A stretch of 56,201 nucleotides of DNA. Source: Myxococcota bacterium. Lineage in GTDB: Bacteria > Myxococcota_A > Polyangia > Polyangiales > Sandaracinaceae. Below, piece by piece: positions 8,778-20,072 of the stretch. The stretch lies in contig JAYZQJ010000194.1 of NCBI GenBank assembly GCA_036149055.1, positions 1 to 56,201 on the forward strand, given 5' to 3'. Position 1 is the first letter of the stretch, and the number at the start of each line of letters is the position of its first letter. The notes beneath the pieces are model-generated. The model was not told where the DNA came from. It saw only the letters and a list, made by a program, of their open reading frames with translations, and made no database searches. Position numbers and translations under genes: made by a program.

Positions 8778-9728
8778 CTACGGCTGGAGCGCCGGCGGCA
8801 GCCGGCTGGGCGAGGCAGGCCCGAGCGCGAGCCGGACGAGGGCGCCGCCGAGCTCGGGCGAGGTGCCGAGCTCCACCCAGCCGGAGTGGAGGTCGGCGCA
8901 GAGGCGCACCGAGAGGAGGCCCAGGCCGGTCCCCTTCTGCTTGGTGGTGAAGAACGGCTCGAGGAGCCGCTCCGTCGACTCCTCGGGGAACCCGGGGCCG
9001 TCGTCGTGCACCTCGAGCACCCTGGTCGCGCCGTCTCTCCGGAGTCGGACGAGGATGTGGCCGCCGGGGTGAGCGTCGGCGGCGTTGATCGTCAGGTTCA
9101 CGACGACCCGGTAGAGGAGGCGGGGGAAGCCGTCGAGGAGCAACCCGTCGGGCAGGTCGCTCTCCACCTCGGCCGAGCGGACCGATCGATGACGGCGCGC
9201 CGCCTCGAGGGCCTCGTGCACCACGGCGACGGCGTCGAACGTCTCCGCCTCGCCCATCCCCTCCGGCGCGCCCGCGTGCATCAGCGCCCGCGACAGCTCG
9301 GCGGCGCGGTCGAGCGCCTTCGACATGCGCTCGACCTGGTCCGGCTCGCCGGTGAGGTCGTCGAGCTCGGTGAAGAGCGTTACGAGCAGGTTGTTCAGGT
9401 CGTGCGCGACGGAGGCCGCCAGCACGGCCGCCGAGGAGCGATGCAGCGCCTCGGCCAGCTCGACCTGGGCCCTGGCCCGCGCCGAGCGCTCGCGTCCCAG
9501 GCGCCGGAGGTCGGCCCGCACGATGACGAAGATGAGGCCAGCTGAAGCGAGGACGAACACGATCCCCTTCGCCACCTCGACGCGGGTCTGGGTCTCGGGG
9601 TCGAGGCCGAGCGCTCCGAGGCCGAAGCTGGTCGCCAGGATCCAGCCGAGCGCCAGCGCCAGATAGATGAGCGCCGCCTTGACGGCGCGCCGCGAGACCA
9701 GCCCCACGCGTCGAGTGTAGGAGCACAA
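8778..9728 (-). CDS. Membrane sensor histidine kinase
   Basis: Two TM helices, H-box SVAHDLNNLL, N-box NLTINAADA, DDGPG, FFTTK, GTGLGL. Confidence 0.9.
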   Translation of the reverse strand: MCSYTRRVGLVSRRAVKAALIYLALALGWILATSFGLGALGLDPETQTRVEVAKGIVFVLASAGLIFVIVRADLRRLGRERSARARAQVELAEALHRSSAAVLAASVAHDLNNLLVTLFTELDDLTGEPDQVERMSKALDRAAELSRALMHAGAPEGMGEAETFDAVAVVHEALEAARRHRSVRSAEVESDLPDGLLLDGFPRLLYRVVVNLTINAADAHPGGHILVRLRRDGATRVLEVHDDGPGFPEESTERLLEPFFTTKQKGTGLGLLSVRLCADLHSGWVELGTSPELGGALVRLALGPASPSRLPPALQP

Positions 9729-9785
9729 CCCCTTGCGAACAGAGGTTCAAAATGTCCGCAAAAGCGGATATCCTCCGCGCCGCGG

Positions 9786-10178
9786 CTAGCCGTTCAGCGT
9801 CGCGGACAGCAGCGACGCGGCCCGGGACGCGATCTCCGCCTTCGCCAGGTCTTCGAGGCGCGCTCCGGGGGGCCGGGTGTGGAAGCGCTGGTAGGCGCGC
9901 CCCGCGTCCATCAGGGCCAGCTCGACCAGGTTGCTGATGAGGGGGCGGCGCTCGAATGGAGTGAGCAGCATGTGGCGGATGAGGTCTTGCTGCTCGCGCA
10001 GCCCGGAGCTCCAGGCCGCGGCGGCCCCGGGCAGACGGCTCTCGGTCTCGAAGCGAGACGGGATGGGGATCGCCAGCGCTTCGTCGAGAAGGGCAACGAG
10101 CTCTCCGTACTGTCTTGCGACGTCCACCCCCGGCCCCAACGGCGAGGCGCGCGGAGCGTTGAAGGGGTCCCGGTGCAA
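9786..10178 (-). CDS. Hypothetical protein
   Basis: Helical ORF co-oriented upstream of the kinase; start uncertain. Confidence 0.45.
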   Translation of the reverse strand: MHRDPFNAPRASPLGPGVDVARQYGELVALLDEALAIPIPSRFETESRLPGAAAAWSSGLREQQDLIRHMLLTPFERRPLISNLVELALMDAGRAYQRFHTRPPGARLEDLAKAEIASRAASLLSATLNG

Positions 10179-10226
10179 GTCGTACGGTCGCCTGGGAGCA
10201 CGGCTCCACGTGGTAGAACTCGAGCC

Positions 10227-10694
10227 GTGACCAGCCGCCTGCCGCCTCGCGCACTCCTCATGAGCCTCGAGCTCGCCCTCCTGTGTACCGCTGCAGGGTG
10301 CGGCGGCTCGCCTCCGCGAGCCGAGGCGAGCCCAGGCGACGACGAGGCTTCTGCCAGCGTCGTCGAGGACTCCACCACGCCCTCGGACCCGCCGGCCGCG
10401 GTCGCGTCGTCGGATTCACCGAGCGCGGCCCCGGCGTCGGACTCGCCGGACGCGACCACGGCGTCGGGCGCACCGGAGGGCGCGACCACCACCGACCCGC
10501 CCGAGGACGCGACTCCCCCGGAGCCGCCCGACTCCCTGATCCGCGCGGACTTGAACTGCCCGGACGGCGAGATCATCGACCGAGGCGGGATCGGGATATC
10601 CCAGCAGACGATGATCCGCACCGTCGAGGCGTGCGGGGTGCGTGCGACCTACGTGATCCGAGAAGGCCGCTGGACCAGGTCCACATGGCGGTAG
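10227..10694 (+). CDS. Lipoprotein with low-complexity S/P/D/A linker and small C-terminal two-Cys domain
   Basis: Lipobox TAAGC; C-terminal DLNCPDGEI...VEACGVRATY. Confidence 0.6.
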   Translation: MTSRLPPRALLMSLELALLCTAAGCGGSPPRAEASPGDDEASASVVEDSTTPSDPPAAVASSDSPSAAPASDSPDATTASGAPEGATTTDPPEDATPPEPPDSLIRADLNCPDGEIIDRGGIGISQQTMIRTVEACGVRATYVIREGRWTRSTWR

Positions 10695-10707
10695 AGGACG
10701 TGCGGCG

Positions 10708-12188
10708 TTAGAACGGGCCACTGGCCGACCGCCAATCCCAGACGCGCGGGACGAAACGATCAGGGACTCGCAGGATGCGGAGTAGGAGCTGGGCGGCGAG
10801 GCGAAGCGCGGTGTCGTGGCGCTCGTACATCAGCTGAAGTCCGACCCGTTGCCTCGAGAGCTCACCGGGAGGGAATCCCAGACCGCGCTTCGCGCCACGC
10901 TTCTGGATGTCACGGAGCTTGCGGTTCGAGAGAGAACCGCGGTGCATCAGTCCGTTCCGGATGTCGACAATGTCGCGCAACAAATCGGCCCCGCCAAGCG
11001 GAGTCACGTCCACCCGAGCCTTGCGGGCGACGGCCTCCATGCCCTCCCGGTAGGTGACACGATCCAGATTCTGAAGCCCGTACCGCAGATGCCGGAGCGT
11101 GGCGTCCGAAGCGGGCTTGGCCTGGGCTATCGCGAGGAGCGACGCCAGCTCTCTGCGCACCGCGCGGAGCCGCTGAATCTCCCGGCGTGAGCGCGTTGCA
11201 CGAAGCTCCCTGCGTCCTCCAAGCAGGTCGAAGCACAGTGAGAGCGACGACCACGATCGGCGCAGGTCGCCATCTTCCGCAGCCGATGCGAACAGAAACA
11301 TCGCTTCGACCAGGGTGTCAGCCGCGTTCGATGACTTGGCCCGTAGACGCAGCAGCGTACGCAAGGCCGGCCCTACTGCGTTCTTGAACTGGCCCTCGTA
11401 CGTGAGACAGGGGCGCCGGCCACTCCCAGTCTGCACGATCGCGGGCGCCCAGAACCGTCGATGCTCTCCGCGGCCCCCTCGCGCCACCACTGCCTCCGCG
11501 TGAATCCACGGGGTGCGGCGCAGAGTGAGTAGCGAGAAGATGGCGGCCGCCATCTCCCCGACCTCCTGTACGAGCGCCAACGCCTCCTTGCGGGAACGGC
11601 TGGCCAGCTCCGTCAGGTGGTCCGAACGAAGCGAGAGATGAGCCCGGGCTGGAAGCAGCAGGCCATCGACACCTGGCGCGGTCCTCGGATAGCCGAGTGT
11701 CGGAGCAAGCTTCACGATCCAGCCCGCCGCCCTCAGCTGAAAGCCCTTGGCCGAGATCCGGTCGGTGAGGACGTCGAAGGTCGGCGAGAGCGTGGGGATG
11801 TGACCGAAGCCGACCCCCCCCAGCGTGGTGTCTCGGTCGTCGGGCGAGAGCTTCGTCGTCTCGAGCAGGTTGTTGAGATGAAGTTCGAAGCGCACACGCC
11901 CGGGACCGCTGTGCCTGGCGCCATTCGGGAGCGCATCATCGCTTTCCCAACGCGTGGGGCCGTTCGAGCTACCAACTTCAATCGGCGCTCTGGAAGAGGA
12001 TGCGTGAGCTGGTTCCACATAGCTTCGCTCAGCGTCCCCTCGACGCTAAGCGGAAGGCCTCCCTCCTCGGGTATCTCCACCCAGAAGTCCGTCTTCGGGC
12101 TGCGCTTCTTGCCGGACTGCAGCCGGCCCGTGACGACGAAGCTCTTCGTTCGCCGAAGGGCGCCATCAATCTGTTTCCAGCTCTCCAT
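10708..12188 (-). pseudogene. ApeA-like HEPN-domain protein, apparently split by a 1-nt frameshift near 11965
   Basis: RxxxxH motif RNGLMH in a C-terminal helical domain (ORF 10708..12018). Overlapping ORF 11733..12188 supplies a plausible N-terminus in another frame. Confidence 0.6.
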
Positions 12189-12503
12189 CGGTATCCGCTT
12201 CGCTTCCTCGGGCCGCTGCGTGGGGGAAGCCAGGTATGTCGTCCGCCCGCATCAGGGAGGAGGGCGACATACTGTCCGCAAGCGGCCTCACGTAAGAGCT
12301 CGGGGCTGCCGACCCGGCGCGTGCAGTCACGTCGCGATCCCCACCACGAGCTCCAGGCTACGCAATCATCCGCTCGCCGTATACGAGCATGATTGCTCTA
12401 GTCCGCGGGCCACCGAGTTAGAGCAAACTTGCGAGAGCTCGCTGACGGACTGCAGCACCGGTTCGGCGATTGACCTACAGGGGGGCTGGCTGTACGCACG
12501 GGA

Positions 12504-13322
12504 GTGATGGGGGAAGCGCTCTCCGAGGAGGAGATCCGGCGCGTCATCGAAGCGGTGGCGGGGACCGAGGCCGTGCTCGTGGCCGGGCAGGCGATCAGCG
12601 TGTGGGCGACCTACTACGCTGACCGGATCCCCGAGCTTCAACAGGTCGGCGTCTACGTCAGTCGCGACGTCGACTTCTACGGTGACCGCGAGGCCGCGAG
12701 GACGTGCGCTCGACGCCTCGACGGAGATGTTCGCGTGGCCACGGCCTCGGATGCCTTCGACGGCGCTCCGATCAACTCTGCCGTGGTCAGCTTCCAAGGG
12801 GAGTCGGGGCACGAACGACGAGTGGACTTCCTCGCCAACGTGCATGGGGTGCTCCGCGGTTCCCAGATCCGAGAACGCGCGGTGCCGCTGGACTTCGGCT
12901 CGGGCACGTTCCTCATCATCGATCCGATCTCGCAGCTGCAGACTCGTCTCGCAAATCTCACGAGCCTTCGGCGTGGACAGCCTGCTGCGAGGTTCCAGGC
13001 TTCCATCGCGGTGTGGGTGGCGCGGGAGTGGCTGGTCGACGTGCTCTCCGAGCATGGAGCGCGCCCCGCGCTCCGAGCCATCGAGCGCCTCTTCCGCCTG
13101 GCTCGCCTTCGCCAGGCCAGCCTGGCCTCCGTGCTCTACGGCGTAGAGGTCTTCGATGCCATCCAGCCGCTCGCCGGTCTGCCCGAAGAGTTCGGGGCGA
13201 CGCGATACCCGCAGATGAGCAGGTGGGTAGCGCGCCGCAGGGCGAGACTCAGAGACTCGCAGGGCGACCGGCTCGTAGGCCCATCTTCATCAGGGCAGGC
13301 CCGAGACCGTTCTCGCGGTTGA
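12504..13322 (+). CDS. Nucleotidyltransferase-fold protein (AbiEii/DUF1814-like)
   Basis: VLVAGQA (GG.A-like), SRDVDF (DxD) and VDFL (third acidic residue). Confidence 0.7.
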   Translation: MMGEALSEEEIRRVIEAVAGTEAVLVAGQAISVWATYYADRIPELQQVGVYVSRDVDFYGDREAARTCARRLDGDVRVATASDAFDGAPINSAVVSFQGESGHERRVDFLANVHGVLRGSQIRERAVPLDFGSGTFLIIDPISQLQTRLANLTSLRRGQPAARFQASIAVWVAREWLVDVLSEHGARPALRAIERLFRLARLRQASLASVLYGVEVFDAIQPLAGLPEEFGATRYPQMSRWVARRRARLRDSQGDRLVGPSSSGQARDRSRG

Positions 13323-13437
13323 TCTGCGCGGGCGACTTCGCTCCCGAGGAGACGACGCGCGCATCCTCATCGCGGTCGCGCTGCTTCTCGGCTGCGCGCC
13401 GTGCGTCGAGGTCTCGTTGGGCTTCCTGACGGGGCAT
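13249..13437 (-). CDS. Small charged helical protein (62 aa) overlapping the 3' end of the NTase gene convergently
   Basis: MPRQEAQRDLDARRAAEKQRDRDEDARVVSSGAKSPAQINRENG... Confidence 0.5.
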   Translation of the reverse strand: MPRQEAQRDLDARRAAEKQRDRDEDARVVSSGAKSPAQINRENGLGPALMKMGLRAGRPASL

Positions 13438-13520
13438 CGTGCTCTCGCTAGCCAAGTATAGGCCCCTGCGCCGAACGTGTCACACCAGCGCCAGTGAAGT
13501 CCGGGGGCGACGGACGAGAA

Positions 13521-13549
13521 CGGCCGGGCAGGAAAACCCTGACCGGCCG
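13521..13549 (-). terminator. Hairpin downstream of tRNA-Gly
   Basis: cggccgg...cagg-aaaa-ccctg...ccggccg inverted repeat; no U-tract. Confidence 0.5.
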
Positions 13550-13557
13550 GAGTCTAG

Positions 13558-13630
13558 AGCGGGCGACCGGGCTCGAACCGGCGACATTCAGCTTGGGAAG
13601 CTGACACTCTACCAACTGAGTTACGCCCGC
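13558..13630 (-). tRNA. tRNA-Gly(CCC)
   Basis: Cloverleaf GCGGGCG/CGCCCGC, anticodon arm TCAGC-TTCCCAA-GCTGA, T-loop TTCGAGC; CCA not encoded. Confidence 0.97.
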
Positions 13631-13641
13631 GGAGAAGCGGA

Positions 13642-13670
13642 GAGATATCCACTCCGCTCGGCCGCGTCAA
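13642..13670 (-). promoter_or_regulatory. Sigma70 promoter of tRNA-Gly
   Basis: TTGACG-17 bp-TATCTC. Confidence 0.6.
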
Positions 13671-13676
13671 GCGACT

Positions 13677-16586
13677 TCAGTCTTCGCCCATCAGGTCGTC
13701 GAACGCGCGGTCGATGTCGTCCTGCTCGGCCGGCGGCGGGGCGGGGGCCGCGGGGCGCGCGAGGTTCTGGATGCGCTTCACGACGTCGCGGAAGGTGGGG
13801 TCGCGCTTCTCGACCTTCTGGTAGTAGTAGAGCGCTTCCTTCGGGTCGTGGAGCAGCTCGTAGGCGTTGCCGAGCTCGAAGTAGAGGCCGAGCTCCTCGC
13901 GCTCGGTCTTGGTGTCGGCGTAGAGGCCCTTCTTGAAGTGGCTGATGGCCTCGCTGACCTCGCCCTTCTCGACGTGGCAGAGGCCGATCATGGTCGCCGC
14001 GATGCACGAGCGCTGCGGGTTCGGCAGGCAGAGGCGGAACTCGTTGATGGCGTCGTCGAGGAGGCCCATCTCCTTGTAGGCGATGCCGAGGTCGAAGTGG
14101 GTCTCGGTGTCCTCCTGGCCGACCTGGCTCTCGACGCCCTTCTTGAACTGGGCGAAGACCTGCTCGACGTCCAGCACGTCGCTGCCCGCCTGGGTGTCGT
14201 CGCCGTGGTCGTCGAACTCGGCGGCGAGCTTCTCGGCGAGCTCGAAGCTCTGGTCGTCTTCGATGCTCAGCGGCGCGGACTGGGTGACCGACTGCGCGCG
14301 CGCGTTGGCCAGGGCGCCGACCTCGCGGAGCTTCTCGAGGATGAGCGGGTGGTTCGGGAACTGCTGCAGGGCGTCGCCGAGGGTCTGGCGCGCCTCCTCG
14401 AGCAGGCCCTGCGCGACGAAGAAGTCCGCCTCGTCGAGCATCTCCTCGACCTCACCCGGCGGCATGCTCAGGCGCTGGCTGGCCGCGGCCTGGACCTCGC
14501 CCGGGGTGCTCGGGCGCAGCGGGACGTCCTCGAACTCCTCGGGCGACATCGGCGCGAGGGGGTCGGCGAGGTTGCCGGCCGCGGGGGGCGGGCTCGAGGC
14601 GGCGGGCGGCGGCACGGCGTGACGCCCGCTCGGGGCCTCGCTGACCGGGGCCGCGACCTCGATGTCGGGGATGGCCGCCTCGACGGGGGCCGCCTCGAGG
14701 GGAGGCAGCGGCTCGAGGTGGGTCTCGTCGTCGGGGAAGGGCGCGGCCTCGGCGGCGGTGGTCGGCGGCGCCTCGCTCTCGATGAGCGTCAGCGGCTCCG
14801 GCGCCTCCATCACCGCCTCGGGCTCCAGCGGGAGCGGGTCGGCCTGGGTCGCAGTGGGCGCCGCGGTCATCGGCGCGTTCGCGGTCTGCTCGTCCGCGGC
14901 CTCGTCGTCGAGGAAGAAGACGTCGTCCTCGTCGGCGCTGGGCTCGGCGGGCGGGGCGAGGGCGTCGAGCGAGTCGCGGCCGGCGAAGGGCTCGTCGGCG
15001 AGCGGCTCGGGCTCGCGCGGGGTAGGGGCGGGGGTCGCGGCCGGCGCGCTGGCGCCCATGGCGGGCGGCGGGATCGACGCGCCCATCTGGCTCAGGCGGC
15101 TCTCGGCCTCCTGGTTGCCGGGCTGCAGCTCGAGGACCTGGCGGAGGTAGACGATGGCCGCCGCGCTCTGCTCGCCGCTCAGCACGTCGGCGAGCTGGAA
15201 GAGCTGCACGATGGCGTCGCCGGTCTTGCCCTCCTCGACGTAGAGGTCCTTCAGCCGCTCGCGCGCCTCGACGTGCGCCGGGTCGATGTCGAGCACGGTC
15301 TTCAGCTGGTCGATGACCTTCTGCTTCAGGCCGTAGCGCATGAAGACGTCGCACTCGGTGAGCAGCCGCGCGATCTGCGCCTCGCGCTGCACGTCGGGCG
15401 GGACGCTGCCGGCCTCGTCGGGCGCGTCGCTCGGCGGCATCGAGACCATCTCGAGGTCCTCGACCTCTTCGATGGCCTCCTCCTCGACGATGAGGATGTC
15501 CTCTTCGCTGTCGGCGTCGTCGACCTCGAGGATCTCGACGTCGTCGGAGATCTCCTCGGCGATCTCCATCACCGGCTCGTCGTCGTCGAGCTCGGCGGGC
15601 GGCGGCTGGCGGCGGCTCGGCTCGATGACGGCGCCGGGCGGCGGGGCGATGTCGCGGCGCACGCTGCCCTTGGCGGTGGAGCCCGGGGTGGCGTAGGCGG
15701 CGAGGCCCTTGCGCGCCTCCTGGTCGCCCGGGTCGAGCTCGAGCACGCGCTTGAGGATCTTGGCCCGCTCGTCCTTGCGCCCCGCCTCCTGGTGGATGCG
15801 GGCGACCTCCTTGTAGACGCTGAGGGTCTTCGGGAGCTGGCCGAGCTGGTGGAACGCCTCGGCGAGCAGCTCGAGGGTCGGGATGTCCTTGGGGTCGGCC
15901 TTGAAGCAGAGCTGGAGCTTGGCCAGCGCGCGCTTCGGGTCGCTGCGCTCGAGGTACATCCGGGCGAGCTCGCGCGCGGCCTCGACGTCGTCCGGGCGGT
16001 GGAAGAGCAGGCGCTCGGCGACCTTGAGGTAGTCGTCGATGCGGCCCTGGGCCTTGAGCAGCTCGGCCCCCGCCTCGAACTCCTCCGCCGCCTCCTTGGT
16101 GCGGCCGGCCTTGCTCAGGGCCTCGGCGCACTTGATGCGGACGGGGATGTTCTCGGGGTCGAGCTCCGTCATCTTGCGGAGCGTGTCGAGCGCCTTGTCG
16201 ATGTCGCCGGCCCGGGCGTAGCCCGCCGCGACGTGCTCGTAGGTGGCGAGCGCGTCGCTGACGAGGGCCAGCTGCTCGTACATCTCGGCGAGCTTGAGCT
16301 GGATGTCGAGGCGGCTGCCGTCGAGCTTGAGGATCTGCTTGTAGACCGCGACCGCCTTCAGGAAGAAGCCCTGCTCGGCGTACTGGTCGGCGACCTTGCA
16401 GTAGGTGCCGATGGCGTCGGTGCGCGCGCCCTTGCGGGTCTGGAGGTCGCCGATCTTCAGCCACGTCCGGATGTCGGACGGGTCCGACTGGACGATCTTG
16501 CGGAACTCCACGATCGCCTTGTCGTAGTTGCCCTTCTGAAGGTGCTTCTGGGCGGTCTCGAGGACCTTTGCGCGGTCGACGCTCAC
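13677..16586 (-). CDS. sgmX: TPR protein, SgmX-like type IV pilus/polarity factor
   Basis: N-terminal TPR array, acidic/Pro linker, C-terminal FAQFKKGV...THFDLGIAYKEMGLLDDAINEF TPRs; lies next to accC/accB/mglC. Confidence 0.8.
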   Translation of the reverse strand: MSVDRAKVLETAQKHLQKGNYDKAIVEFRKIVQSDPSDIRTWLKIGDLQTRKGARTDAIGTYCKVADQYAEQGFFLKAVAVYKQILKLDGSRLDIQLKLAEMYEQLALVSDALATYEHVAAGYARAGDIDKALDTLRKMTELDPENIPVRIKCAEALSKAGRTKEAAEEFEAGAELLKAQGRIDDYLKVAERLLFHRPDDVEAARELARMYLERSDPKRALAKLQLCFKADPKDIPTLELLAEAFHQLGQLPKTLSVYKEVARIHQEAGRKDERAKILKRVLELDPGDQEARKGLAAYATPGSTAKGSVRRDIAPPPGAVIEPSRRQPPPAELDDDEPVMEIAEEISDDVEILEVDDADSEEDILIVEEEAIEEVEDLEMVSMPPSDAPDEAGSVPPDVQREAQIARLLTECDVFMRYGLKQKVIDQLKTVLDIDPAHVEARERLKDLYVEEGKTGDAIVQLFQLADVLSGEQSAAAIVYLRQVLELQPGNQEAESRLSQMGASIPPPAMGASAPAATPAPTPREPEPLADEPFAGRDSLDALAPPAEPSADEDDVFFLDDEAADEQTANAPMTAAPTATQADPLPLEPEAVMEAPEPLTLIESEAPPTTAAEAAPFPDDETHLEPLPPLEAAPVEAAIPDIEVAAPVSEAPSGRHAVPPPAASSPPPAAGNLADPLAPMSPEEFEDVPLRPSTPGEVQAAASQRLSMPPGEVEEMLDEADFFVAQGLLEEARQTLGDALQQFPNHPLILEKLREVGALANARAQSVTQSAPLSIEDDQSFELAEKLAAEFDDHGDDTQAGSDVLDVEQVFAQFKKGVESQVGQEDTETHFDLGIAYKEMGLLDDAINEFRLCLPNPQRSCIAATMIGLCHVEKGEVSEAISHFKKGLYADTKTEREELGLYFELGNAYELLHDPKEALYYYQKVEKRDPTFRDVVKRIQNLARPAAPAPPPAEQDDIDRAFDDLMGED

Positions 16587-16746
16587 GTGGCTGCTCGGGC
16601 GGACACCGCCCGCCTGCTCGGCTGTCTAGCACGGACGCGTCCATCCGTGTGGGAGGGACAGAGGCGGCTCGTGGGGATGCGCAACAGGTGAGCCCGAGGG
16701 GGTGGCGGCCCGGAGCACCGAGGATACGGGCCGGGCGCCACGGGGG

Positions 16747-18099
<1,353 letters not shown>

Positions 18100-18101
18100 G
18101 G

Positions 18102-18581
18102 CTAGCTCTTCTGGACCTTGAACAGCTGATCGCCGTACTCGACCGGCTTGCCGTTCTCGACCAGGATCTCGACGATCGTGCCGGAGATCTCCGACTCGAT
18201 CTCGTTCATGAGCTTCATCGCCTCGACGATGCAGAGCACGTCGCCGGCGGCGATCTTCTGGCCCTTCTCGACGAAGGTGGGCGCGTCCGGAGAGGGCGCC
18301 CGGTAGAAGGTGCCGACGAACGGCGAGGTGATGTAGACGACGTTCGGGTCGTCCTTGGCCTCGGCGGCGGGGGGCGGCGCGGCCGGAGCGGCCGGGGCCG
18401 GAGCGGGAGGCGGCACGCTGGGCGCGGCGGCCATCATCGGCTGCATGGCGATCGCCGGGCCCGCGGGATCACCGCGGCGCATGTACAGGCGGTTCCCGTC
18501 CTGCTCGATCTCCAGCTCGCTCATGCCGAGCTGCTTCATCGCGCGCATCAGCTCGCGCATCTGCTTGAGGTCGATGTCCAT
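18102..18581 (-). CDS. accB: Biotin carboxyl carrier protein
   Basis: [13 protein letters not shown] and EAMKLMNEI biotinylation motif. Confidence 0.97.
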   Translation of the reverse strand: MDIDLKQMRELMRAMKQLGMSELEIEQDGNRLYMRRGDPAGPAIAMQPMMAAAPSVPPPAPAPAAPAAPPPAAEAKDDPNVVYITSPFVGTFYRAPSPDAPTFVEKGQKIAAGDVLCIVEAMKLMNEIESEISGTIVEILVENGKPVEYGDQLFKVQKS

Positions 18582-18597
18582 CTCTACGAATGCCTCG

Positions 18598-19071
18598 TCA
18601 TTGAGAGTCGTCGCTACCGTCGGGCGCCCTGAGATAGTCGATGAGGCCCCTCAAGCCAAGCGCATAGCTGCTCGCGCCGAATCCCATGACGATCCCGACG
18701 CTCACCGGCGAGATGTGGGAGTGGTGGCGGAAGGGCTCTCGCGCGTGGATGTTGGAGAGGTGGATCTCGACGCAGGGCGTCTCGCAGGCGGTGATCGCGT
18801 CGCGGATCGCCACGCTGGTGTGGGTGTAGGCGGCCGCGTTGAGCAGGATCCCGTCGAAGTCCGCGCGGGCCTCCTGGATCCAGTCGACCAGCTGCCCCTC
18901 GTGGTTGCTCTGGCGGCTCTCGATGAGCGCGCCGAGGTCGAAGCCGATGCGCTGCAGCTCGGCCTCGATCGTCGCGAGGTCGGCGGTCCCGTAGATCTCC
19001 GGCTCGCGGGTGCCGAGCAGGTTCAGGTTCGGCCCGTGCAGGACCAGGACGCGGAGCAGGGTCCGGGGCAT
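18598..19071 (-). CDS. aroQ: Type II 3-dehydroquinate dehydratase
   Basis: [51 protein letters not shown]. Confidence 0.97.
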   Translation of the reverse strand: MPRTLLRVLVLHGPNLNLLGTREPEIYGTADLATIEAELQRIGFDLGALIESRQSNHEGQLVDWIQEARADFDGILLNAAAYTHTSVAIRDAITACETPCVEIHLSNIHAREPFRHHSHISPVSVGIVMGFGASSYALGLRGLIDYLRAPDGSDDSQ

Positions 19072-19093
19072 GAGGCGCGCCCGCGGCGGGGCT

Positions 19094-19459
19094 TCAGGTC
19101 AGCTCGCTGAGGAGCTTGCTGCCCGCGGTGCGCAGGAGGAAGCGCGCCTTGCCGGAGTTGCCGCCCGGGCTGAGCGTCATGGCCACGAAGTACTCGTCGT
19201 TGAGCACCCGGATGACGGTGACGAGCTTCTCCGCCTGGATGGAGATCTCGTTCGCCCCGCCGGCCTCGAGCAGCTCGGCCGCCCGCTTGATGTCCTTGAG
19301 GATGACGCTGAACTCCATGCCGACGGTCTCGACGTCGACCGGGGCGCTCGCGGCCTCGCGAACGTAGGCGTCGACCGGGATTCCATCGAACCCCATCAGC
19401 AGACCGGCGACGCCGCCTTCCGTCCGATCGACGGCTTCCTGTAGGACCTCTCGGAACAT
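19094..19459 (-). CDS. mglC: Roadblock/LC7 protein, MglC-like
   Basis: MGFDGI motif, [28 protein letters not shown]; synteny with accB/accC/sgmX. Confidence 0.85.
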   Translation of the reverse strand: MFREVLQEAVDRTEGGVAGLLMGFDGIPVDAYVREAASAPVDVETVGMEFSVILKDIKRAAELLEAGGANEISIQAEKLVTVIRVLNDEYFVAMTLSPGGNSGKARFLLRTAGSKLLSELT

Positions 19460-19504
19460 GGAGCCTCCGTGAAAGACGAGTCTCGCCAACCCGGGGCCCG
19501 AGGG

Positions 19505-19636
19505 TCAAGTTCCGGTCGTCTTTTCGGACGCTTGGCGGCGCCAGCGCTCCCGCTCGCGGTCGTCGAGCCGCTTCGCGGTCATCAACGCCACCACCGCCAC
19601 CGCCAGGAAGAGCGCCCAGAACGGCCAGGTCGTCAT
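19505..19636 (-). CDS. Small single-pass membrane protein (43 aa), not in the ORF track
   Basis: Hand-translated MTTWPFWALFLAVAVVALMTAKRLDDRERERWRRQASEKTTGT*. Confidence 0.6.
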   Translation of the reverse strand: MTTWPFWALFLAVAVVALMTAKRLDDRERERWRRQASEKTTGT

Positions 19637-19657
19637 TCACGAAGGCTAGCTCAATCT

Positions 19658-20062
19658 TCAGTACCAGCTGATCTTCGCCGCCTGCGGGACCGGGGTGCGG
19701 CGCTTGAAGAAGCGGTAGGTGGGCAAGACGCAGTCCTCCACGAAGCGGAGCCAGGCCTCGATGCTCCGGTCGGCCGCGGCCTGCATGGCGTTGTAGGCCG
19801 AGGACGTGACCTGGCCGAGGTGCAGCTCGTCGAGGCGCCAGAGCATCTCCTCGAAGAGCGCGGTCTCCTGGAGCATCAGCGCCACGCCGTCCTCGTGCTG
19901 GGCGAGCACGGGGTGGGTGACCCGGCGATGCGCGTCGTGGGCCACGCGGGCGGCCGCCGCGAGCGCCCCCGCGAAGACCTCCCGCGCGGCGCCGTCCGAC
20001 TGCCGCAGGTGCTCCAGCAGGTAGCCGACCTGCTGGTGTGCTTGGACGATGTCGTGCCTCAC
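19658..20062 (-). CDS. Hypothetical helical protein
   Basis: High-GC3 frame; GAGGGG RBS; starts 10 nt after the upstream small ORF. Confidence 0.65.
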   Translation of the reverse strand: MRHDIVQAHQQVGYLLEHLRQSDGAAREVFAGALAAAARVAHDAHRRVTHPVLAQHEDGVALMLQETALFEEMLWRLDELHLGQVTSSAYNAMQAAADRSIEAWLRFVEDCVLPTYRFFKRRTPVPQAAKISWY

Positions 20063-20072
20063 GCCGTACCCC

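Noticed and set aside
7552..13557. Intact prophage or integrative element at tRNA-Gly
   Set aside because: No integrase, phage genes or duplicated att sequence found by eye.
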